64,000 nt of DNA. Source: an uncultured cyanobacterium (GTDB lineage Bacteria; Cyanobacteriota; Cyanobacteriia; Cyanobacteriales; CAWCAG01). The DNA lies in NCBI GenBank assembly GCA_963803805.1, contig CAWDOD010000004.1, positions 256,001-320,000 of the forward strand, read 5' to 3'. The translations under genes and the position numbers were made by a program. Numbering within the stretch: position 1 is the first letter of the stretch; the number at the start of each line of letters is the position of its first letter. Of this stretch, positions 22,947 to 32,556 are shown in pieces. Below the pieces are notes generated by a model, which had not been told where the DNA came from, made no database searches, and saw only the letters and a list, made by a program, of their open reading frames with translations.

Positions 22947-24248
22947 ATGACTCAAACACCAATTAAAAACAAAGCAAAAATTCGCCCCTCTAACCATCAA
23001 TTTGCCGATGTGATTCATCGCCTGGAAGCTGGTGGATCGATGCTACCCGATACACCGGAAAACTTGATGCAAATTATCGGTATTTACAAAGCCTATGCTG
23101 TACCGATGGACTTTTATTGGCGAGACTTACTTTACATCGCCGAAAGAGTATTTCTCAAACCTCTGCCTTTTTTTAAATACTTCCTACCCCAAGAATATTT
23201 AGACTTGCATAATCACTATGCTGGTGAGGATGCCGATTTGAGAGTTTGGCGAGGAGAAGCAACCGCCCATCCTGAATTACTAGAATTCATGGAGAAGGGG
23301 GAAACTATGAAAATGCCTAAACTATTCCACCATCTTTGGCATGATCGCATCAATATGGAATTTGCCGAAGCTTGTATGCGGGCGATGTTGTGGCATGGTA
23401 GGGATATGGGTTTGGGTAGGTTTGATGCTTACCTTGATACCGATGAATATAAAGCCAATGCAGACAAAGCCATCAAAGCCTACTTTAAAAAGAATCCTGC
23501 CATGTTGGGGCTATACAAACTTTTCCCCGATATGTTCCTCGAACAAGTAAAACAGTTATCCTACTACTCTAACCTGGGTTTATTCTGGGAGGTTATGGCT
23601 CCAGTCTTTTTTGAAATGTCAGATATTTACGATGAAGGAGGATTTAAAGGTGTTCCCGATGCGATGAACTTTTTGGTTAATGGTATTTTCGCTGTTGCCG
23701 GCAGACCAATTTACCACCATGCTTATATTGATGGGGAATGCTATGAAATCATCCCGAAATCAAAAGGCTTTATGTGGTTATACGAAGCTGCTTTACCCTA
23801 CGTCGAAGCTGTCTTTTATCGTACCTCCCCTTTCCGTGGTACAAAATCCTATAATGCCCAAGCAAAACAAGTTCCTGAACAACAAAAAGATTTCCATTAC
23901 GGCATTTTATACGCTGATGTTTTTCCTGTGGGTACAGCAGGAATTCCCCCAACATTATTAATGGATGATATGTATCATTTTCTCCCTGATTATCTTCAGC
24001 AATACTATCAAAAACATTGTCGAGGGGAAGAAGATATTTTAATTCAATTAGGAGTTACTTTTCAACGTTCAATGTATAACGTAACTTCGGCTGTAATTCA
24101 AGCATTGCGTCAAGCTTTGTTATATCCTTTGGATGATGAAAATCCTCAACACCTATTAAAAAATCGCGCCTTTTTTGAATCGCAAATGGATCGTTTTTTA
24201 CGTCCGGAAGCCCGTTTAAATGATATTCAATCTCAAGATTATCGTTAG
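22947..24248 (+). CDS. cupA: CO2 hydration protein CupA (ChpY)
   Basis: IHRLEAGGSMLPDTPENL, HHLWHDRINMEFAEAC and GTAGIPPTLLM motifs; 433 aa. Confidence 0.94.
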   Translation: MTQTPIKNKAKIRPSNHQFADVIHRLEAGGSMLPDTPENLMQIIGIYKAYAVPMDFYWRDLLYIAERVFLKPLPFFKYFLPQEYLDLHNHYAGEDADLRVWRGEATAHPELLEFMEKGETMKMPKLFHHLWHDRINMEFAEACMRAMLWHGRDMGLGRFDAYLDTDEYKANADKAIKAYFKKNPAMLGLYKLFPDMFLEQVKQLSYYSNLGLFWEVMAPVFFEMSDIYDEGGFKGVPDAMNFLVNGIFAVAGRPIYHHAYIDGECYEIIPKSKGFMWLYEAALPYVEAVFYRTSPFRGTKSYNAQAKQVPEQQKDFHYGILYADVFPVGTAGIPPTLLMDDMYHFLPDYLQQYYQKHCRGEEDILIQLGVTFQRSMYNVTSAVIQALRQALLYPLDDENPQHLLKNRAFFESQMDRFLRPEARLNDIQSQDYR

Positions 24249-24422
24249 CACTATTAGGGAGCATCTATAAACTATTAAAAAGAGTTTTTAGAGATTGGTT
24301 TTATAACTGCGATACCTACACTTTGAGTTTATCATTACTAATTTCTTTATCTACGTGCTAAGTTAGCCTTAACCGCTTATATCCTGGTATTGCGATCTAT
24401 TAAGAATGAGGAAAGATTTCTT

Positions 24423-24480
24423 GTAGGTTGGGTTAGCGATAAGCGTAACCCAACAAAACTTAGCTTTGTGTTGGGTTACT
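24423..24480. repeat. GTAG-type REP-like palindrome
   Basis: GTAGGTTGGGTTAGCGATAAGCGTAACCCAAC hairpin followed by a second TGTTGGGTTAC arm. Confidence 0.7.
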
Positions 24481-24633
24481 AAGTTTTAAGTTTCATAACA
24501 GAAGATGAATCTGGCAGTCCCTATTTTTTAGAAACTTTAGATATTGTTCTTGGCATCATCACTGATGAGAGTACTTTTTTGACATTTTATTACGACAGTA
24601 GAAGATTTGAACTCTATTGATTTTAGGTTGTTA

Positions 24634-25035
24634 TTAGCCCATTAAGATAACATTATCAATAACATGAATTACGCCATTATCCGCTTCAATATCGGCAGCA
24701 ATTACTGTCGCATTTTTAACTTCAAAATTATCAGAGCAATTAAGAGAAATTGGTGCGCCTTCTAAAGATGTAACTGAGTCAAGTTTTGCTAAATCAGCTT
24801 TCATTAACTTACCGGAAACTACATGATAGGTAAGAATTCTGGCTAATTGAGGGATGTTTTGTACTAAAGTTTGAATTGTTCCGGGGGGTAGTTTAGCAAA
24901 AGCATCATCAGTCGGGGCAAAGACAGTAAATGGGCCAGGGCTTTTTAAAGCATCAACTAAGTCAGCCGCTTTAACCGCAGTTACTAAGGTACTAAAACCT
25001 TCTGTATTTACAGCAATGTCAACAATATCAGCCAT
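24634..25035 (-). CDS. cupS: Fasciclin (FAS1) domain protein, probable CupS
   Basis: [22 protein letters not shown] and [14 protein letters not shown]; 133 aa, no signal peptide; adjacent to cupA. Confidence 0.8.
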   Translation of the reverse strand: MADIVDIAVNTEGFSTLVTAVKAADLVDALKSPGPFTVFAPTDDAFAKLPPGTIQTLVQNIPQLARILTYHVVSGKLMKADLAKLDSVTSLEGAPISLNCSDNFEVKNATVIAADIEADNGVIHVIDNVILMG

Positions 25036-25111
25036 ATTTTTTAAACTGTAATTTATTTATTTCATTATTATTAAATAATAGCATTAACTGCACTAGAGAA
25101 ATTAGCAAAAA

Positions 25112-25200
25112 GGCGTTGCTGAATGGAAATCTAAATTGCTTTTGTTGACTATAATTAATGCCCCCTAAATCCCCCAAATTTCTATCCATTAAGCAACAAG
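25112..25200. mobile_element. MITE-like element with imperfect terminal inverted repeats
   Basis: GGCGTTGCTGAATGGA...TCCATTAAGCAAC; related left end at 40816. Confidence 0.5.
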
Positions 25201-25338
25201 TAGGAAGTAGGTGAAAAGCAGGTCTAGACTAGGATGTAGAGGCAAGGCGCGCCCCTTCGAGTAAATGATATAATCTTGACAAATGTGGGAAAATATATCT
25301 TAGGGTGGGAAAATTTATGCAAACCTTACCCTCAAGAT

Positions 25339-25583
25339 GGATGACATTGGAATTTTTAGCCGCAGAAAAAATCGCTGAAGTTGCCTTTGGTGTAGCAGTT
25401 GAGTTGGGAGTCGCTAAACTGGCAGAAAGTGCGATCGCCACTGTAAAAACTTTACGGGAAAAGATTAAAGGGAAGTTCGAGGGAAACCCGGAGGCAGAAA
25501 GTGCGAATCGCCACTGTAGAAAATTCTGCCAATGTGGAGGTGATTGTGCCTTATTTAAACGGAGCCATCCCTTGAGACACTAA
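25339..25583 (+). pseudogene. Short gene remnant with an internal direct repeat and an apparent frameshift
   Basis: GGCAGAAAGTGCGATCGCCACTGTA occurs twice; the second copy has an extra A, after which the translation looks out of frame. Confidence 0.45.
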
Positions 25584-25794
25584 CCAATTGACTTTGCTGG
25601 TGCTTGTTTAATTTCATAATTTTCACCTGCATTTTTCTCAACTTTTGAGTTGAATTTTTTTGATGCTTTTTTGGCGATCGCCTTATTCTATCAAAATTAT
25701 TTGACATCCAAGACAATCGCTACGTTTTACCTATAAGTTTTAGCAAATATGAAACAATAGAATTAGATAGCCTTGCTCTACCAAACTTGTCTTT

Positions 25795-27552
25795 ATGCTC
25801 AAAAAAACCTTTCCTTATATCAGCTTACAACGTACTTTGCCATTACTTTTAATTTGGGTTGCTGTTGGTACGGTATTGAGACTTGCTAACTTAACAGGAA
25901 AACCCCCTTGGACTGATGAATTTGCTACCTTAGTCTTTAGCTTAGGTAATAGTTATCAAAACCTTCCCCTCGACCAAATAATTCCTGCCGCCACTCTTTT
26001 AGAGCCTTTAAAAATAGTTCCTAATGCTGGATTTGTTGATGTCTTCACTAACTTAATCACCGAAGATAATCACCCACCAATTTATTTTCTTCTCGCCCAC
26101 CTTTGGCAGAATATCTTACCACAGACGGGAGAATATGTCTCTCTTTGGGTAGCGCGATCGCTCCCTGCTTTTTTAGGGGTTTTATCTATTCCTGCTATTT
26201 ATTTTTTAAGTATAATCAGTTTTCGTTCTCGCTTAGTTGCTCATTTCGCTGCTGCAATGATGGCTCTGTCTCCTTATAGTATTTTTTTGTCCCAAGAAGC
26301 GAGGCATTATACTTTAGCAATTCTTTTGGTTATTGCTAGTTTAACTTGTTTAATTGCGGCGCTACAAAAGCTAACTAGAGGTCAAAAGTTACCTTGGTGG
26401 TTGGTAATTGTTTGGCTGATTATTAATAGCTTAGGTTTCACTACCCATTACTTTTTTAGCTTAACCTTATGCACCCAAGCAATTTCTCTCCTAACTTTAT
26501 TCTGGCCAAATATAAAACAAATAATTCTCCCAGCTTACCCGTCTCCCCGTCTCCCCACTTCCCTATGGCGTTTAGGAATAGTCGCAGCAGGTACAATAAT
26601 AACCAGCCTAACTTGGGTTTTAGTTTTTATTCCTCAAGACTATGGCAACAATATGGTAGCTTGGATTCAAAATGACGAGTTTTCTTTCTTAAGCTTAATT
26701 AATCCGCCTTTCCAACTATTTGCTACTTGGTTAACTATGGTTTATTTATTGCCAGTAGAAGCTACTTCTTTGGTAGTAGTAATTGCTTCTGGTTTAATAA
26801 TGTTATTGCTATTTTTATTTGCCTTACCTCTATTAATTCAGGGACTAAAATCAAAACCCAAAAGTCTCAACATTCAGATTGGTAAAAGAATTTTAGACAG
26901 CTTTGTTATCGCCGCGATCGCCATCTTTTTATTCATCTCTTACTTTTTGGGAATTGATATTACCAGAGGAGCGCGTTATAGCTTTGTTTATTTCCCGGCT
27001 GTGATTGTTTTGTTTGCTGCCAGTTTATCCCAGTGGTGGAAGACAAAAAAACTAATTCCTCAACCTTATGGTAGCTTTTTACTAAAGAAGTTTGGTATTG
27101 AAAATCTCAGAATGAGAGGTGAAAATGCTATTAAAATTATCTTCATAGCCAGCTTATTAAGCGCCGTAACTGTTATCACTAATTTAGGTTATCAAAAATA
27201 CTATCGCCCCGACTTATTCGTCTCTCTATTAAAAGAAACTTCTAACCTACCAATATTAATAGCCACTACCCACGCTTCCTTAGTGCAAACCGGAGAAATG
27301 ATGGGCATTGCTTGGGAATTACAACAAGAACCCTTTTCCCAACCTGTAAGCTTTTTACTTGCTCATCAAGAAGAAAGAGAATCTCCTTTAGCTACCAAAA
27401 CATTACAACAAGAAATGCAAAAAATGCCTCGCCCTTTTGACCTCTGGGCTGTTAATTTCTATGCACCTAAAAATCTAGACAATTGCGTTAAAGATGAGAG
27501 CAAATTTCTTCATATAGATGGTTATGGATACGAAGTTTATCATTGTAAGTAA
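25795..27552 (+). CDS. GT-C glycosyltransferase (family 39/PMT-like)
   Basis: PWTDE, DNHPPIYF and SQEARHY motifs; many TM segments. Confidence 0.85.
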   Translation: MLKKTFPYISLQRTLPLLLIWVAVGTVLRLANLTGKPPWTDEFATLVFSLGNSYQNLPLDQIIPAATLLEPLKIVPNAGFVDVFTNLITEDNHPPIYFLLAHLWQNILPQTGEYVSLWVARSLPAFLGVLSIPAIYFLSIISFRSRLVAHFAAAMMALSPYSIFLSQEARHYTLAILLVIASLTCLIAALQKLTRGQKLPWWLVIVWLIINSLGFTTHYFFSLTLCTQAISLLTLFWPNIKQIILPAYPSPRLPTSLWRLGIVAAGTIITSLTWVLVFIPQDYGNNMVAWIQNDEFSFLSLINPPFQLFATWLTMVYLLPVEATSLVVVIASGLIMLLLFLFALPLLIQGLKSKPKSLNIQIGKRILDSFVIAAIAIFLFISYFLGIDITRGARYSFVYFPAVIVLFAASLSQWWKTKKLIPQPYGSFLLKKFGIENLRMRGENAIKIIFIASLLSAVTVITNLGYQKYYRPDLFVSLLKETSNLPILIATTHASLVQTGEMMGIAWELQQEPFSQPVSFLLAHQEERESPLATKTLQQEMQKMPRPFDLWAVNFYAPKNLDNCVKDESKFLHIDGYGYEVYHCK

Positions 27553-27705
27553 TAGCAATCCCTAGTAAGCGTGAGGTACAGCCTAGATTCTGGTTTTTGC
27601 TAATAGCTAGTGGCTAGTGGCTAGTAGAAGCTTGGAAATATGGAAATAGCTCAGCAATAGGGAAGAGTTAGAATAAAATAGAGACAGAGCAATTCCAGAT
27701 GATAG

Positions 27706-28299
27706 ATGATAAATGTCATGCAATCTCCCTTAACTTTCCTTACCATTAAAGACTACCTAGAAACAGAAAAACATAGTAAAATTCGCCACGAATATGTAGA
27801 TGGGCGAATCTTTGCTATGGCGGGTGCTAGTGAAGAACATAACTTAATTGTTACTAACATGATCGCTTTGTTGCGCCCTCATCTACGCGGAATATCATGC
27901 CGTACCTTTGCCTCAGATATGAAAGTTAAAGTCTCGGTACAAAAAGCCGATATATTTTATTATCCTGATCTTTTAGTTACCTGTGATTCAAATGATAATG
28001 AAAGATACTATAAAACCAGTCCTAACTTAATTGTAGAAGTCCTATCTAATTCTACGGAAGCTACAGACAAAAGAGAGAAACGCCTCAATTATCAAAGCAT
28101 AGAAAGTTTACAAGAATATGTTTTAATCTCTCAAGAGGAGATTAGAGTAGAAGTTTATCGCCGTAACAATCAAAGTAATTGGTCAGTAGAAACGTTAGGC
28201 AAAAATGATAAATTGCAACTAAATTCAGTAGGATTAACTTTAACAATGGCAGAAATTTATGAAGACGTAAACCCAGAAAAAACAGCCACAAAATCCTAA
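27706..28299 (+). CDS. Uma2/DUF820 family putative endonuclease
   Basis: RHEYVDG, YYPDLLVTC and IVEVLSNST...DKREK motifs. Confidence 0.92.
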   Translation: MINVMQSPLTFLTIKDYLETEKHSKIRHEYVDGRIFAMAGASEEHNLIVTNMIALLRPHLRGISCRTFASDMKVKVSVQKADIFYYPDLLVTCDSNDNERYYKTSPNLIVEVLSNSTEATDKREKRLNYQSIESLQEYVLISQEEIRVEVYRRNNQSNWSVETLGKNDKLQLNSVGLTLTMAEIYEDVNPEKTATKS

Positions 28300-28317
28300 C
28301 TTATTACTTATTACTTA

Positions 28318-29601
28318 TTACTTAAAATCAACCACCCCATCATTATCAATTCCCGTCACGCGACCATCAGGAAATAAACCTAACCAAGGATCTGAGCTAG
28401 GAGTTAGGAAAAGTTGGCTATAAACCCTTTCATTTAAACTGGTTAAATTATTGGTAGAGAGGTCATTAAGCAGCCAGTTATAAACTTGAGTTCGCAACAT
28501 ATACTCATTACGGACAGTATCTAAAGCCATCAATTCTTCAAACTTTTGTGTAGCAGTCGCAACATCAACAGTGGCGCTTTTTCTTTGAATTAACTTAATA
28601 CTATTTTCATCTAACTTTGCTTCCTGGCTATACAATTGAGCAATTTTTTGCCAGGTTGACTCATCGGTAATCTCGGCTAAATTTTGATTATTAAATAAAA
28701 TGCTTAAACTAGGAGTTTCTATGAGCATTTTTGTCATTGCTATAGGGGCAGCATCTATTGCATCAGGATTTTCTGTATACTCAGGAATCTCTCTTAAAGG
28801 GGGAGTTTTTATCCCTAAAGAAGTCAGATCATTTGACCATTGGTTTTGCAAAACAACTAGGCGATCGCGCCAATATTGTTGTAAAAATATTTGTTGTTGA
28901 GAACTAGCTTGCTGGTTATATTCTTGAGAAGTTTGTTCTGCTTGTTGCAATTGTTTCAAGAAAGCTTGAGGCCCATATAATCCTGGCAAAGCATCAAGAG
29001 GTTGTCCTTGAGCATTTAAAATGTAGTGAATGCTATTACCAGTTAAAGTACTTTTAAGCTGACGACCATCACCAAAATTAACTGTTACTGTAGGAACAGG
29101 GCGTACAGATTCCCAATGTAAAATATAGCTATCCCGCAGGAATTGAGCTATATTTTTGTTTGCATATAAAGCAAGGCGAAAAAAGCGACTGTTGGCACAA
29201 CTTAAATCTTCATCTAAGTTCCCCAATAAACGCAGAGAAAGGATTGGTTTGCCAGAACTTTGGGCAGCAACTTGAGCTAATTCCAGGTCAGTGTACCAGT
29301 ATAATTGAGAAGAATAACAGTCTCTTTGTTGACAGATTTCATCTAAAGCTTTGTGTAAGTATGGAGATTGAAAACTAGCTAATTCCTCTCCATGAAGTTC
29401 GATAAATTCCTCAATACCTGCCTGTCCTTTATGCCGTAAATTAGCAATTTCTTGGTCAGAAATAATAGATTCTGAAAATATAGCAGAGTGAACTTTTTCC
29501 TCGACAGAATTTTGTGCTTTAATGGTACTATTCCAGCCTAAACTAGCTGTACATAATAAGGTCGTTGAAAGTAAAATTCTAAGTCTCACTGTCTTCTCCA
29601 T
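28318..29601 (-). CDS. Secreted hypothetical protein with a thioredoxin-like segment
   Basis: Signal peptide; WYTDLELAQVAAQSSGKPIL...LSCANSR thioredoxin-like start. Confidence 0.7.
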   Translation of the reverse strand: MEKTVRLRILLSTTLLCTASLGWNSTIKAQNSVEEKVHSAIFSESIISDQEIANLRHKGQAGIEEFIELHGEELASFQSPYLHKALDEICQQRDCYSSQLYWYTDLELAQVAAQSSGKPILSLRLLGNLDEDLSCANSRFFRLALYANKNIAQFLRDSYILHWESVRPVPTVTVNFGDGRQLKSTLTGNSIHYILNAQGQPLDALPGLYGPQAFLKQLQQAEQTSQEYNQQASSQQQIFLQQYWRDRLVVLQNQWSNDLTSLGIKTPPLREIPEYTENPDAIDAAPIAMTKMLIETPSLSILFNNQNLAEITDESTWQKIAQLYSQEAKLDENSIKLIQRKSATVDVATATQKFEELMALDTVRNEYMLRTQVYNWLLNDLSTNNLTSLNERVYSQLFLTPSSDPWLGLFPDGRVTGIDNDGVVDFK

Positions 29602-29756
29602 TGATCATTAAACATTTTAGCTTCTGGTAACTTGCCAAACTTAAAAATATTAATCACTAGTAACACACCCTATTCCAGAACAAACCGTATATTGAGAACT
29701 GATGCCCAATAGCAACAGCTTGCTGTACATTCTAGGGTTTACTCTTGCCGAAAACA

Positions 29757-30934
29757 TCACTGATCATTAATAAAGGCGATAGAAATACCTGCTACTAAAA
29801 AAGCGATTCCCCCCATAACTACTTGCAAAATTGGAGTTAGTTCAACTTGTCCTGCCATCATACTAAACAAACTCATACCGACACCAAAACCTCCAAAATA
29901 AGTACCAATTCCTAGCCCTCCACGGCTGGGGGGTACAGAGGATAAACCAAGGGGGATTGCACCATTAAGTACGAGACTGAATACGAAAGTTAAAATTAGT
30001 AGGGCAATTCCTACTATGAAAAAATTAGGGATAAAAGCTAGTATTGGTAACATAATTATAGTTACTCCTAAACCAATTAACATTGCTAAAGAATTACCAA
30101 CACGGCTAGCAAAAATGCCTCCAGGAATGGAAGCAAAGGCGAGAACAATACTAAAAATAAACATCCCCAAGTTAGTCTGACTTTCCCCCAAATTTCTAGT
30201 TAAGGTAGCAGAAACAGTCGGTAACAAAGAACGTAACCCCCAAGCAATACCTATCCCTGCCAAACAGACTAAACCAAGCTTGGTAAAGGAAAGAGGCATT
30301 TCATCTTGGGAAGCAACTTCATCTAACTGTGGTGGTTGGGGGGATAGAGGCGACGGAGAACAAAAGCTGCCCCCAATAGAGTAAAAGAACCAATACTGAA
30401 GGTAAAAGCAGATCCTAACTTCAAGATTATATTTTGGATAAATGGCTTAAAAGCCCCCACTAACCCAGCAATAAAAATTAAAATCCCCGTCGCCTGGGGA
30501 AACTGCTGCCTGGGGACAGCTTGCCATAACAAAGCCATAGCTGGAGAACGAAACATTGTCATAGCGATCGCCCAAGCAACAGCAAACCCCGGCAGCAGCC
30601 AACGCCAAACTTGTTGAGGATTGCCTAAAATAACTATAGTCGGTAAAGTGATAAATAAAGCTGAAGAGAGAATTACTCCCAAAGAAATGAAGGGAAAACG
30701 ATTACCAATAAATTGCTGAGTACGATCTGAGAATGCCCCAAACAGAGGTTCAAAAACTATGGCTAAAGCTTGTTCAATAATAATTATTGTTGCTGCCAAA
30801 CCTGCTGCAAAGCCTAGCTGGGCAAGCATCTTCGGCAAATAAATACTGTAGACAACCCAAGTTAAAGTGATTGCCCCTTGTATAAAAGCTAAAGCAAAAA
30901 CCCGAAGCCATAAGATCCGTTTTGGAGATAACAT
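29757..30934 (-). pseudogene. MFS transporter split by a 1-bp frameshift in a homopolymer
   Basis: Two ORFs (30323-30934, 29757-30299) form the N- and C-halves of an MFS protein; one extra G in G6 at 30338-30343 fuses them (LYPPQPPQLDEVASQDEMPLSF). Confidence 0.8.
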
Positions 30935-30997
30935 TGTCTCAAACCCGTTTGAACAGTTACAGTTTAGTTTCTAGGAATGATAAATGTTTAAGGTTTA

Positions 30998-32527
30998 ATG
31001 ATAAATTATATGAAGCAACCCCATTTTGATATTATTGTTGTCGGCGGCGGTATTAATGGCACAGGTATTGCCCGTGATGCTCAGGGTAGAGGCTTATCAG
31101 TTTACCTCTGTGAAAAAGATGATCTTGCTAGCGCAACCTCTTCAGCAAGCAGTAAACTGATTCATGGGGGACTACGTTATCTTGAGTATTACGAATTTTC
31201 TCTGGTGCGTAAGGCCCTAAAAGAACGAGAAGTCTTATTAGCAATGGCCCCCCATATTATCTGGCCACTCCGATTTATTTTACCTCACAACCAACATCAA
31301 CGCCCCGCCTGGCTAATTCGTCTGGGCTTGTTTCTTTATGATCATTTAGCAAAGCGTAAAGTCCTCTCCGGTTCAAAACAAGTTAACCTCCATAAACACC
31401 CAGCAGGAAAACCTTTGCAGAATCAACATAAAATTGCTTTTGCCTATTCTGACTGCTGGGTTCAAGATGCACGACTGACGGTACTCAACGCTGTTGATGC
31501 CCATAATCGCGGGGCTACTATCGAAACCCGTACAGAATGTATTAAAGCACAACGTGTTGCTGATCTTTGGGAGGTGACAGTTCGCAATACCCAAACAGGG
31601 CAAGAAAAAGTTCTCTGGAGTAAAGCCCTAATCAATGCTGCGGGACCATGGGTTGCTAGCCTGATGGATGAGCGAAAGATCTGCGTTGATAATACTAAAC
31701 AAATGCGTCTAGTGCGAGGAAGCCATATTGTTACCAAAAAACTCTTTGATCATGACTATTGCTATATCTTTCAAAATGATGATGGCCGAATTGTTTTCGC
31801 CATCCCCTATGAAGGGGATTATACATTAATCGGTACAACAGAAGTTGATTACCAGGATGATCCTGCCAAAGCCACAGCCAGCGAGGCAGAAAAAGCTTAT
31901 CTGTGCGAAGTGAGTAACGACTATTTCCAAACCTCCATCACCCCCCAAGATATCATTTGGTCTTATGCCGGTGTACGTCCTCTGTTTGATGATGCTGCTG
32001 CGGATGCTTCGGCTGCCACAAGAGACTATGTGTTTGATATTCAAGATGTTGCAGGCAAAGCACCAATCTTGTCAATTTTTGGTGGTAAGATTACTACATT
32101 CCGCAGACTAGCAGAAGCGGCAATTGACAATTTGTCTACCTATTTTGATCAGCCGAGGAAAACCTGGACAGCAACAGTCCCTCTCCCTGGAGGGAATCTC
32201 AAAGGGATGTCTTTTGAAGCTTTTGTTGAGGCAAAACAAAGTCAGTATTCCTGGGCATCTCCGGAAATGATTTATCGGTTGTGTCGAGAATACGGCAGTT
32301 GTATCGACTCTTTGTTAGCAGAATGTACTAGTGTATCTGATTTGGGGCAACACTTTGGTCACAACTTCTATGAAGCAGAAGCCCGTTATTTGGCTAGCTA
32401 CGAATTTGCCCAAACAGCAGATGATGTTTTGTGGCGACGTTCCAAACTGGGGTTGCATTTAACAGTTCAGGAAAAAGAGCGATTTAAGAGTATGTTTGAC
32501 AAGGAGTTGGTGAAAAGTGAACATTAA
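30998..32527 (+). CDS. glpD: FAD-dependent glycerol-3-phosphate dehydrogenase
   Basis: GGGING, TSSASSKLIHGGLRYLE, YAGVRPL and GGKITTFR motifs. Confidence 0.95.
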   Translation: MINYMKQPHFDIIVVGGGINGTGIARDAQGRGLSVYLCEKDDLASATSSASSKLIHGGLRYLEYYEFSLVRKALKEREVLLAMAPHIIWPLRFILPHNQHQRPAWLIRLGLFLYDHLAKRKVLSGSKQVNLHKHPAGKPLQNQHKIAFAYSDCWVQDARLTVLNAVDAHNRGATIETRTECIKAQRVADLWEVTVRNTQTGQEKVLWSKALINAAGPWVASLMDERKICVDNTKQMRLVRGSHIVTKKLFDHDYCYIFQNDDGRIVFAIPYEGDYTLIGTTEVDYQDDPAKATASEAEKAYLCEVSNDYFQTSITPQDIIWSYAGVRPLFDDAAADASAATRDYVFDIQDVAGKAPILSIFGGKITTFRRLAEAAIDNLSTYFDQPRKTWTATVPLPGGNLKGMSFEAFVEAKQSQYSWASPEMIYRLCREYGSCIDSLLAECTSVSDLGQHFGHNFYEAEARYLASYEFAQTADDVLWRRSKLGLHLTVQEKERFKSMFDKELVKSEH

Positions 32528-32556
32528 AAAATATAATGATAAATGGTAAATGAGCA

